Shown one piece after another: positions 10,134-18,843 of a stretch of 64,000 nucleotides of DNA. A program made the position numbers and the translations under genes. The stretch is taken from assembly GCA_963667175.2 (NCBI GenBank), contig CAXXXF010000010.1:1-64000 (forward strand). Reading direction: 5' to 3'. The stretch's first letter is position 1. Each line of letters begins with the position of its first letter. This stretch comes from Candidatus Latescibacterota bacterium (GTDB lineage: Bacteria > Latescibacterota > UBA2968 > GCA-2709665). The notes beneath the pieces are model-generated. The model was not told the DNA's origin and searched no databases. It saw only the letters and a list, made by a program, of their open reading frames with translations.

Positions 10134-10653
10134 CGGAACACCTCATATTCTTGATAAACTCTTCAGCCGTCTCACATGGTTCTTCCGCTCGAGGTTGCAG
10201 CAGCCCTTCATAGATCCCAATATACCAGCGAAGATCCTGACAAACCGACACAAATTCCCCAAGAGACTCTATAAGACGATCAATAGCCTTCCTCGTCTCA
10301 ACATTCGATGCCATCTCTCCCAACAACTCGTATTTTGGGATATTCTCCTTATTTACATCCTCAAGCTTCCTAAAACCTTCAATAGCCGCTTCCAAATCGC
10401 TGAAAAACGACCCGATTCTCTCAGGCTTCTCTTTAACCCGTTTAAACATCTCCCCATAACACCGACACCAAAGATCAGTCTCCTCGCGCAACTCATCGAT
10501 AACTTTCCGGCTCTGTCTCTCAGCATCAACCCAAATCCGGGATCTCAATTCTCTCTCCGTAAAGAAAGACCCCATAGTATTCGAAACCCACTCCTGCTGA
10601 TTCAGAGGAGAAAATGTGAAAATCGCAGGTAATCCAGATAAAGCCGTCGGCAT
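10111..10653 (-). CDS. Hypothetical acidic helical protein, putative antitoxin partner
   Basis: Directly upstream of and overlapping the RelE-like gene; same AT-rich composition; C-terminal ETAEEFIK. Confidence 0.55.
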   Translation of the reverse strand: MPTALSGLPAIFTFSPLNQQEWVSNTMGSFFTERELRSRIWVDAERQSRKVIDELREETDLWCRCYGEMFKRVKEKPERIGSFFSDLEAAIEGFRKLEDVNKENIPKYELLGEMASNVETRKAIDRLIESLGEFVSVCQDLRWYIGIYEGLLQPRAEEPCETAEEFIKNMRCSVAAGPAR

Positions 10654-10846
10654 AATACCCCCGTCTTAGCTCCCCAAACGCAGTCTACTTCGTAAGCTGT
10701 ACATAAGAAAAGGTACAAAAAAGACAACTAAATGACAATGGCAAATTACCCGCTTGCCAACATCCTTATGCAATCCCCTTTACCCAAGTATCCAATTTCT
10801 GATGGGACCACCCTGCCATACCCCTACCTTGCGACCAGCTTCCATC

Positions 10847-10905
10847 TGTAGGGGCCTGCCTGCAGCGCAGTACGCTGCGCAGGCAGGCGACCCTTGTGGT
10901 CGCCC
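10847..10905. repeat. GTAG-type REP interrupted by a 33-bp CCTGCCTG hairpin (10855-10887)
   Basis: TGTAGGGG|insert|CGACCCTTGTGGTCGCCC; removing the insert gives a REP like the one at 58087. Confidence 0.85.
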
Positions 10906-10991
10906 GCTCTTCGGATGTCTCCGTTTTCCCTTTGTGTCTTTGTGTCTTCGTGTGAGCTGATCTTGGAGGGCTGGGGGAGATGTGGCTCTTT

Positions 10992-12623
10992 CTAAAGCGG
11001 ACAAACGAGTTGCCCGTCCAGCAGCTTGTGGTTTCCGGAATAGTCCACGGGCACGTCGATCAGGTGCACGCCGCCTTCTTTGAGGCAGCCTTTGAGCATG
11101 CCAGCCAGCGCGTCTGTCCGTTCCAGCCGGCGCCCCCCGGCGCCATAGCTCTCGGCGTAGCGCACGAAATCGGGATTTCCGAAATCCAGCCCGAAATCAG
11201 CCAGCCCCATGTGCGCCTGCTTCCATTTGATCATGCCGTAGCCGTCGTCCCGCAGCACCAGCGCCACCAGGTTCAGGCCCAGCCGGACGGCGGTTTCCAG
11301 TTCCTGTGAATTCATCATGAAGCCGCCGTCGCCGCAGACCGCCACCACGTCACGATCGGGATAGAGCAGACTGGCCGCCATGGCGGAAGGCAGACCGGCG
11401 CCCATGGTCGCCAGGGCATTGTCCAGCAGCACCGTGTTCGGCTGGTGGGCGCGGTAATTGAGCGCGAACCAGAGCTTGTAGACGCCGTTGTCGAGGGCGA
11501 TCAGGCCGTCGTCTGGCAGCACGCGTCGGACGTCGGCCACAATCCGTTGCGGGAGGACCGGAAAGCGGTCGTCGTCGTCCCCGGCGGCCAGCTTCCCGTC
11601 CGCCCACGCCTTGACCCGGATGAAGTAGTCGAACGACCAGTGGGACTGCGGCTCGATCTTCCGCCAGATCTGCCACAGGCTGTTGCCGATGTCGCCGATC
11701 ACCTCGAGTTGCGGGAAATAGACGGGGTCCACCTCTGCGGAAGAAAAGTTGACGTGGATAACCTGCAGGCCGTTCTCCCGCATCAGGAAAGGCGGCTTCT
11801 CAACCACGTCGTGACCCACGTTGATGATCAGATCGGCCCTTTCGATGGCGCAATGGATGGCGTCGCCCGAAGACAGCGCCGCGTTTCCGAGATACAGCGG
11901 ATGGCGCTCATCCACAACGCCCTTGCCCATCTGCGTATTGAACCAGGGGATGCCGGTCTTGTCGATGAAACGGGCCAACATGTTCGACGTGCGCTTGCGA
12001 TTCGCGCCGGCCCCCACCAGGAGCAAAGGCCGGCGGGCCTCCTGGATCATGGAAACGGCGCGCGCAATCGCCTTGTCCTCCGCCACGGGCCGCCGCACGC
12101 GGTCCCTGGGAAAAAGGCGCCCCTCCGCCTCTTCCGCGGCGACGTCTTCCGGCAACTCCAGGTGCACGGCGCCCGGCCTTTCCTCCTCCGCCACGCGGAA
12201 CGCTTCCCGCACACGCGGCGGAATGGTCGCGCCGCTGACGATTCGGGTGGTGTACTTCGTTAGCGGGCGCATCATCTCCACCACGTCCACAATCTGGAAA
12301 TGGCCCTGTTTGCTCGACTTGATGGGCTTCTGGCCCGTGATCATCAGCAGCGGCATGCCGCCGAGCTGCGCGTACGCCGCCGCGGTGACGAAATTCGTCG
12401 CCCCGGGCCCGAGCGTGGACAGGCACACCCCGGTCTTTCCTGAGAGGCGGCCGTACGTCGCGGCCATGAAGCCCGCAGCCTGTTCGTGCCGGTTGAGAAT
12501 GACCCTGATGCTCGAGTGGCGCAATGACTCCAGCAGGTCCAGATTCTCCTCGCCGGGGATGGCGAAGATGAACTCCACGCCCTCAGCCTCGAGGGCTTTA
12601 ACGAATAGATCCGAGGCTTTCAT
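10992..12623 (-). CDS. Acetolactate synthase large subunit (ThDP enzyme)
   Basis: MKASDLFVKALE start, RHEQAAGFMA, GPGATN and GDGGFMMN ThDP motif. Confidence 0.9.
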   Translation of the reverse strand: MKASDLFVKALEAEGVEFIFAIPGEENLDLLESLRHSSIRVILNRHEQAAGFMAATYGRLSGKTGVCLSTLGPGATNFVTAAAYAQLGGMPLLMITGQKPIKSSKQGHFQIVDVVEMMRPLTKYTTRIVSGATIPPRVREAFRVAEEERPGAVHLELPEDVAAEEAEGRLFPRDRVRRPVAEDKAIARAVSMIQEARRPLLLVGAGANRKRTSNMLARFIDKTGIPWFNTQMGKGVVDERHPLYLGNAALSSGDAIHCAIERADLIINVGHDVVEKPPFLMRENGLQVIHVNFSSAEVDPVYFPQLEVIGDIGNSLWQIWRKIEPQSHWSFDYFIRVKAWADGKLAAGDDDDRFPVLPQRIVADVRRVLPDDGLIALDNGVYKLWFALNYRAHQPNTVLLDNALATMGAGLPSAMAASLLYPDRDVVAVCGDGGFMMNSQELETAVRLGLNLVALVLRDDGYGMIKWKQAHMGLADFGLDFGNPDFVRYAESYGAGGRRLERTDALAGMLKGCLKEGGVHLIDVPVDYSGNHKLLDGQLVCPL

Positions 12624-12785
12624 GGTATCAACTCTCGCGGCAATACGTCTGATTTCCTTTGTTTTTTCGCTGACAAAAATCCGGAAGACGGAGAGCGCGA
12701 GATGGCCACCCAAAACGCCTTCGAGTTCCGCTTTGTCCCGCTTTCGTTCCCAATAGATGAAATGCCCCCTGGGGTCACGCGTATT

Positions 12786-12846
12786 CGAGGGCAGGACCTG
12801 CCTGCAGCGCAGGGCACTGCGCAGGCAGGTGCCCTCGTTCCCAGGG
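12786..12846. repeat. CGAGGGCA..TGCCCTCGTTCCCAGG palindrome interrupted by a 33-bp CCTGCCTG hairpin (12797-12829)
   Basis: Empty version in reverse orientation at 49197-49225; insertion lies between A and T. Confidence 0.8.
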
Positions 12847-12860
12847 AAGAACGCCGTTCG

Positions 12861-13749
12861 TCAGTCGAGGCGGTCCAGAAACTCGTCCAGCCATTCGTCG
12901 GGACCGCCGTGCCCGGCGAAACCCGTCGCCACGTCCTCATCGGTGTGACAGTCGGACCCGCCGGTGGAGAACAGCCCGTGGCGCTCGCAATACTCGCGGT
13001 ACTTCCCCGTAAACTCGGGCGGCACGCCCGGATGGGCGCATTCGATCCCGTCCAGGGAGCACTCCAGGCGCAACGCATCCATCCGTTCCACGCTGTCTTT
13101 CCTGAAATAGCCGAACGGATGCGCGATCGCCACCAGCGCGCCCGCCTCCTTCACGGCCCGGCATCACGTCCTTTACGTGGGGATACGATGGAAATCGTGT
13201 TGCGGAACCCGCTCGCGACATCAGGTCCCCGAAGTCCTCGATCCGGTCGATGAACCCGCGATCCACGCAGTACTGCTGGATCACGCCACCCTTCACGTGG
13301 GTATTTCCCTGCAACTCGATCGTCTTCGACGGTCTGTACGACTTCAACAGTTCGAGACGGTCGCCATCGGAGAAATCCAATCCGAGCGCCTGCAGGCCTT
13401 TCGAAATCGCCGCTCCGTAGTCCCGCTGCCAGTCGTGATACGCGCCGAGAACCTGCACCATCGCCTCCGGCAGTTCCGCCGGAAAGCCGTAACAAAGCAG
13501 ATCCACCGATCCAATCGACGTGGTCATCGTCAGCTCAGCCGACGGCACGACGCGAATCTCCGGACAGCCCTGAGCGATCTCCAGCACCTCCGGCAGAGAA
13601 TCCAGAACGTGGTGGTCCGTCACGGCGAAGCAATCGACGTCGAGTTCCCGGGCGCGCTTGAAATGGCTTTGCGGCTGCGCCAGGGCGTCGTAGCTCCAGT
13701 ACGTGTGCAGATGAAGATCGTAGCGTGCGGTCTTCTGTGTGTCGGTCAT
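12861..13749 (-). CDS. PHP-domain phosphoesterase (apparent +1 frameshift near 13158)
   Basis: DLHLHT, TDHH, AHP and GGSDCH motifs are split over two ORFs; removing one base gives …VMPAVKEAGALVAIAHP. Confidence 0.8.
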
Positions 13750-13765
13750 TGGCCTTTCCTTCGAT

Positions 13766-15088
13766 TCATCGGCGGAGAAACCGATTCAGTACGTTTCTTA
13801 CGGCGCCCTGCAGGAACGGGTCCACGACCAGACTGCCTCCAAAGGCGATCGAACCCACCGAGAACACACCGCCCCCGCCGGGATGGTCGTAATACGTCAT
13901 GTGAGCGCCTCCCGAGCCGTCCCAGTCGAACTCGTCGTTCGGATAGACCGCCGATCGCCCGTCGTTCACATAGTCTTCCGGGTTGATTCCCCTGGCCAGC
14001 ACGGTGACGTTCTCCGGAGACCAACCCTGCCGCACCTGGTCCGCCTCCCAGCCGCTTGCCGCTCCGCCGTTGACGCCCTCTTGGCCGATCAGATCTCCGT
14101 TCTCCAGTCCGAGGCCCTCGAATACCCAGTGCGACGCCGCTTCGACCCGGTACGGCGCGAACGTCATATATCCCGGCCGCAAATAACCCACGCCGAGCAC
14201 GGCGTGCTCCGGCCGGCCGAGGTTCCGCCACAACCCGCCCTCTTCGCCATTCTGGTAATGCGGCTTGCCGTCCTTGCGGATTTCCATGGAACGGCAGGTG
14301 GAATCCCAGGTCACCTTCCAGTAGACACCGTTGCCCGAAAGATACAGCAGACTCCCGCCTGCATCCAGATAGGCCTCCAGATGGTCTCGCATCGGCTCCG
14401 ACCAGTACTCGCTGTGCGTATTGATCACAAGAGCGCCGTAGTCCGCCAGCCACGCCCATTCCCGATGCAAATCGAGGTCGGAATAGACGTCCACCGCGTA
14501 GCCGCAAGCCGCCATCCAGTCCAGGATCCACATCTCGGCCCGCAACAGGTGGCTTCTGCCCTCTCCTTCCGGCGACGCCGTGGGCATGGGGCGGTCCAGG
14601 CTCAGGGTGGTGGGCTGCGGCTCGCTGTATGCCGACCGGCCGCCCCATCCGTTATACGCATGCCAGGTGTTCGTGGATGCCAGCACGGCCACGTCGCCCT
14701 TGAGGTGAAACCGGGGTTTGATCACGAACGGAACGTGAAACCCAACGCCCCTCTCGTCTACGAACTCCGCCGCATAGATCCACGACCGCGTCTCCTCGGG
14801 AACGATCCAATAGAAATCCGACTCCCAGCCGCAGCCGGTCTCCCATGCATTCTCCGGGCATGCCTGCATCCGCCCGCGCAGCCCCTTCACCGTACCGACG
14901 TCGACGCTGGAATTGCCGAGACGCCTGAACGAGACGTCATAGCTCCGGGCGTTCGTTGTCATCCGAAAGGCGATGTTGTCGTCCGGAGACGCGCTCAGGC
15001 GGGAAGCGTAACCCTGCATTCTGGACACGTCGGGCGGAGGGTGCGCCCCTGGCACGATGGCGTGTGAATTCCGTGTGTCCTTCTTCAT
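13766..15088 (-). CDS. N,N-dimethylformamidase beta-subunit family protein
   Basis: TNTWHAYNGWGG, HSEYWS, LSGNGVYW and GGGGVFSVGSI motifs; start at MKKDTRN. Confidence 0.8.
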   Translation of the reverse strand: MKKDTRNSHAIVPGAHPPPDVSRMQGYASRLSASPDDNIAFRMTTNARSYDVSFRRLGNSSVDVGTVKGLRGRMQACPENAWETGCGWESDFYWIVPEETRSWIYAAEFVDERGVGFHVPFVIKPRFHLKGDVAVLASTNTWHAYNGWGGRSAYSEPQPTTLSLDRPMPTASPEGEGRSHLLRAEMWILDWMAACGYAVDVYSDLDLHREWAWLADYGALVINTHSEYWSEPMRDHLEAYLDAGGSLLYLSGNGVYWKVTWDSTCRSMEIRKDGKPHYQNGEEGGLWRNLGRPEHAVLGVGYLRPGYMTFAPYRVEAASHWVFEGLGLENGDLIGQEGVNGGAASGWEADQVRQGWSPENVTVLARGINPEDYVNDGRSAVYPNDEFDWDGSGGAHMTYYDHPGGGGVFSVGSIAFGGSLVVDPFLQGAVRNVLNRFLRR

Positions 15089-15098
15089 CTCGATCCCC

Positions 15099-16134
15099 TC
15101 ATTTGTATTTCGCCCTGATCGCCCGTCCACGCTGCGCGCTCTTCGCCGCAAGATCCAGAATGTGGATCGGCCGCCTGGCCCACTCCGGGGTGATGACCAG
15201 ACCCTTACCGGCCGTCAGGTGTCCTGCGACGTTCTCATAATAGGCTTCCCACCGGCCGGGCATGTTGGCGCCCTTCGTCACGACCTTCTCATCTCCCCGT
15301 TGTCGTATCATCTCGTACGTGCGCCCGTCGAAGACGTAACTGCCCTCGGTTCCCGAGATCTCCAGTTGCCCCGGCCTGGGATTCGACTCGAGCGACGATA
15401 CCGTGAGGCTCAGCCAGGCGCCGTTGTCGAACCTGACCACCGCGCAGGCCACGTCCTCGTTCGTATCGTCCTTCCACGGGGTCTGGTCCCGCCCAGAATC
15501 CGGTCTTTGAAAAGCCCGCGACCTCGACGATATTCTCGGGAATGATCTGGAGCGCGTACTCCAGAAAATGCACCCCCCAGTCGTACATGATGCCCCCGGA
15601 AATGGACCGGCTGCTCCGCCACCAGTCTCCCGGGCGCCCGTATCCGCCGATTCGCGCGTCCACACGGTAGATCTCGCCGATCGCCTTCTCCTCGTGCAGA
15701 TGTTTGAGGGCTTCCAGAACACACCCGTCCCAGTGCCGGTTGTGATACGCCGAGAGCATGAGATCCCGCGCTTCGGCCTCGCGTATCATGGCGTCGCACT
15801 GCGCGGTCGTAATGGCAAAGGGTTTCTCGGTGATCACGTGACGTCCCGCGCGCAGACACTTCAGGGCCAGCCTTGCATGCGTGTTGTGCGGTGTGATCAA
15901 TACCACCAGATTCACGGCCGACTTCCGCAACATCTCCCCGACGGAGCGATACAGCTCAATCCCCGGAAAATCTCTGCCGGCGGCGGCGAGCCGCTCCGGA
16001 TCCATCTCCGCCACGGCGCATGGCGTCATGCCCGCTTTCCGCATATCCGAAAGATGACGCCGCCCCATATCGAAGGCCGCGCCGTACCCGACCACGCCGG
16101 TCCTGACGTCCGCCGCCCGTTCGAATCTCGCCAT
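15099..16134 (-). CDS. Gfo/Idh/MocA oxidoreductase (apparent +1 frameshift near 15489)
   Basis: GVVGYG, EKPF, HNRHWD and GGIMYDWGVH motifs; the C-terminus continues in ORF 15099-15722 (…FWADQTPWKDD…). Confidence 0.8.
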
Positions 16135-16176
16135 CGATCGCTCCTCGACCCCGCTTTCGGGTCACACGTCAAAGAC

Positions 16177-16206
16177 GAGTCCCGGCATCCGAACATGCCG
16201 GGACTC
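16177..16206 (-). terminator. 12-bp hairpin downstream of proA
   Basis: GAGTCCCGGCAT-6nt-ATGCCGGGACTC. Confidence 0.45.
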
Positions 16207-16326
16207 CGCCGATCTTCATCGCGCGAGATTTGTCATCCGAAACCTGTCGAGATTACACGGTCCGGGCGAAACCGGTGTTCGCCGTCAGAGGTCAGGATCC
16301 GTCGGTCGCGTCCGGCGAACCGATCC

Positions 16327-17664
16327 TCAGCTTTCCGGAGTCCACGTCTCGTCAAGGGGTCGATGGGTGAACGCCTTCGCGTCTTCACCAAGATAATCGC
16401 CGGCAATCTGCCCGTTCCCCTCGATGATGTATTTGTAGATGACGAGGCCCTCGAGGCCTACGGGCCCCCGGCTGTGCAGCCGGTTGGTGCTGATGCCCAC
16501 CTCGGCCCCCAGACCGTAGCGGAACCCGTCCGCAAACCGGGTCGACGCGTTGTGCAGCGTGGACGCGGAATCCACCTCGCGCAGAAACCGGGACGCCGCC
16601 TCCCTGTCTTCCGTTATGATCGCATCGGTGTGGTTGCTGCTGTAGCGGTTGATGTGATCCACCGCTTCCTGAACGCCGTCCACCACTTTGACGGAGATCA
16701 CCATGTCGAGGTATTCGGTTCCCCAGTCCTCCTCGGCTGCCGCGGCCAGTGCCCCTCCTCCAGCGAGGCTTCGCGTCGGTTCGTCACCTCGCACCTCAAC
16801 CCCGTTTTTCTGATATAGCCGGACCATTTCCGGGAGAAACTCGCTTGCGATATCACTGTCTACAAGCAGTGTTTCAACCGCGTTGCACCCCGACGGGTAC
16901 TGGGTCTTGGCGTCCAGACAGATCCGCTTCGCCTTCTCAAGGTCCGCCGCCGCGTGCACGTACACGTGACAGATGCCGTCGGCGTGCCCCATCACCGGAA
17001 TCCTGGTATTCCGCATAATGTGCTGGACCAGTTCGTTGCCGCCCCGGGGGATGATGAGGTCGATCAGATGATGCAGATCCAGAATGGCCTGCACGTCCTC
17101 ACGGGCCTCCATCAGATGCATCCAGCCATCCGGAATGCCGGGCAAGCCGCGTGTCGAGGCAATGAGGACGTTCGCCAGCGCGCGGTTGGTATGAAACGCC
17201 TCGCTGCCGCCCTTGAGCAGCACCGCGTTGCCGGACTTGAGGCAGAGCGCGGCGATCTGCACGAGCGCGTCGGGCCGTGACTCGAACACGATCCCAAGGA
17301 CACCGATGGGTACCGATACTTTATACAGTTTCAACCCATGGTCCATCTCCGTCGCCGCCAGCGTCCGGCCGATCGGGTCATCCTGAGCTTGTACGCTGCG
17401 CACACCCCGGATGATTTCACTACGCAGCTTGACCTCATCCACCTTCAGCCGGTCCACCAGCGCGCCCGTCAACCTGCCTTCGGCAAGCAGGACCTCTGCG
17501 GCTTCCAGGTCCCTCCGGTTCGCCTCCAGAATGGCGCCCGCGTTGGCTTCCAGACCCCGCGCGATCGCCTCCAGCGCCGCGTTTCTGTCCTCCCCGGACA
17601 CGTTGTTCAACTGCAATGCCGCGGAACGGGCGCCCTCGGCTCTGGATCTGATTTCGTCGGACAC
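16327..17664 (-). CDS. proA: Gamma-glutamyl phosphate reductase
   Basis: VPIGVLGIVFESRP, KSGNAVLLKGG, IIPRGG, YPSGCNAVE, NASTRFADG and RGPVGL motifs. Confidence 0.95.
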   Translation of the reverse strand: MSDEIRSRAEGARSAALQLNNVSGEDRNAALEAIARGLEANAGAILEANRRDLEAAEVLLAEGRLTGALVDRLKVDEVKLRSEIIRGVRSVQAQDDPIGRTLAATEMDHGLKLYKVSVPIGVLGIVFESRPDALVQIAALCLKSGNAVLLKGGSEAFHTNRALANVLIASTRGLPGIPDGWMHLMEAREDVQAILDLHHLIDLIIPRGGNELVQHIMRNTRIPVMGHADGICHVYVHAAADLEKAKRICLDAKTQYPSGCNAVETLLVDSDIASEFLPEMVRLYQKNGVEVRGDEPTRSLAGGGALAAAAEEDWGTEYLDMVISVKVVDGVQEAVDHINRYSSNHTDAIITEDREAASRFLREVDSASTLHNASTRFADGFRYGLGAEVGISTNRLHSRGPVGLEGLVIYKYIIEGNGQIAGDYLGEDAKAFTHRPLDETWTPES

Positions 17665-17758
17665 TTCCCACAACCTCCTTCGGTACCGATCACAGTGATC
17701 GCACCCGTCGACCGAACGTTACCAGTTGGCGGACCCGACAGTCCAGGGACAGGATGTG

Positions 17759-18802
17759 CTACAGGTCGAGACCGACCTCTCGCCCCGTTTCCACGATTTG
17801 CGCCCACGTCGCGTCCTGGACGGGGATGCCGGACTTCGAACGCTCCTTCCGGGTGCGCCACGATCGCTCTCCGGGCACCAGCACTTCGTCCGACCCCCGC
17901 GCCGGCCTGGCCGACTTCACGTAGTCGATGAACCGTTTGACCTCAGTCTTGAACGCATCCAGCGGCTGAAACGCTTCGATATTGATCGCCTGCACGAAAA
18001 GCGCATTGCCGGTTTCCTTCGAATTCTCGCGGGAACAACCTGCCGGCGACAGGGCGCCCGAGAGGATGTCGATGACGAATGCCAGCCCGTATCCCTTGTG
18101 GGCCACGGGACCGCCGAACGGCAGCAACGCCCCTTTCGGCTCCGTCATATACTCCCGGGGATCGTTCGTAGGATAACCCCGATGGTCGATCATCCAGCCG
18201 TCAGGCATCCGTTCTCCCTTCGCCAGCGCCACGCGAACCTTGCCGCCTGCCGCCACCGCGGTGGTAAAGTCCAGGGCAATCGGGAATTCCCCCGCGGACG
18301 GACACGCCACCGCCAGACAGTTCGCGGGCAGTACCCGGCCGATCCCGCCCGACGGGGGCATCGCCAGATCGGCCCCGTGTCCGTTGTTCGCCAGCATTCC
18401 GATCATGTCCGCTTCGGCGGCCAGCGGCGAAAAAGCGCCAAGCCGGCCGACGTGGTTGCACCGGTGAACCGTGACCAGCCCCACGGAGGCCTCGCGGGCC
18501 TTGCGAATGGCCACGTTCATTGCCGCCACCGCAGTCACGTGTCCGAACCCCCAGTTCCCGTTCAACACGGCCGTTGCGGGCGTCTCCCGCTCCACCTCGA
18601 CCACGGCGCCGGGAACAATCTGCCCGGACGCCACACCCGCCACGTATTGCGGCAGGCGTAGAACGCCATGGGAGTCGTGGCCGGACAGGCTGGACTCCAC
18701 CAGTTGACCCGCGACGGTTTCGGCTTCTTCGGACGTGGCGCCGGCGCGCTCGTAGATGTCCCGCCCTATCCGGCGCAGTTCCTCCGCGGAAAAAACCGGC
18801 AT
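17759..18802 (-). CDS. Ldh_2 family (malate/L-lactate/ureidoglycolate) dehydrogenase
   Basis: GHDSHG, NHVGRLG, GALLPFGG…HKGYGL and VPGE motifs. Confidence 0.9.
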   Translation of the reverse strand: MPVFSAEELRRIGRDIYERAGATSEEAETVAGQLVESSLSGHDSHGVLRLPQYVAGVASGQIVPGAVVEVERETPATAVLNGNWGFGHVTAVAAMNVAIRKAREASVGLVTVHRCNHVGRLGAFSPLAAEADMIGMLANNGHGADLAMPPSGGIGRVLPANCLAVACPSAGEFPIALDFTTAVAAGGKVRVALAKGERMPDGWMIDHRGYPTNDPREYMTEPKGALLPFGGPVAHKGYGLAFVIDILSGALSPAGCSRENSKETGNALFVQAINIEAFQPLDAFKTEVKRFIDYVKSARPARGSDEVLVPGERSWRTRKERSKSGIPVQDATWAQIVETGREVGLDL

Positions 18803-18843
18803 TCTAATACTCCTCTTCACAGATCTACTGCTCGGGAGGCTTC

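Noticed and set aside
10853-10889. GC dinucleotide target-site duplication for the CCTGCCTG hairpins
   Set aside because: Formally possible at G|C sites, but the copy at 12797 sits at A|T with the same CC…GG ends, so the terminal bases belong to the element.
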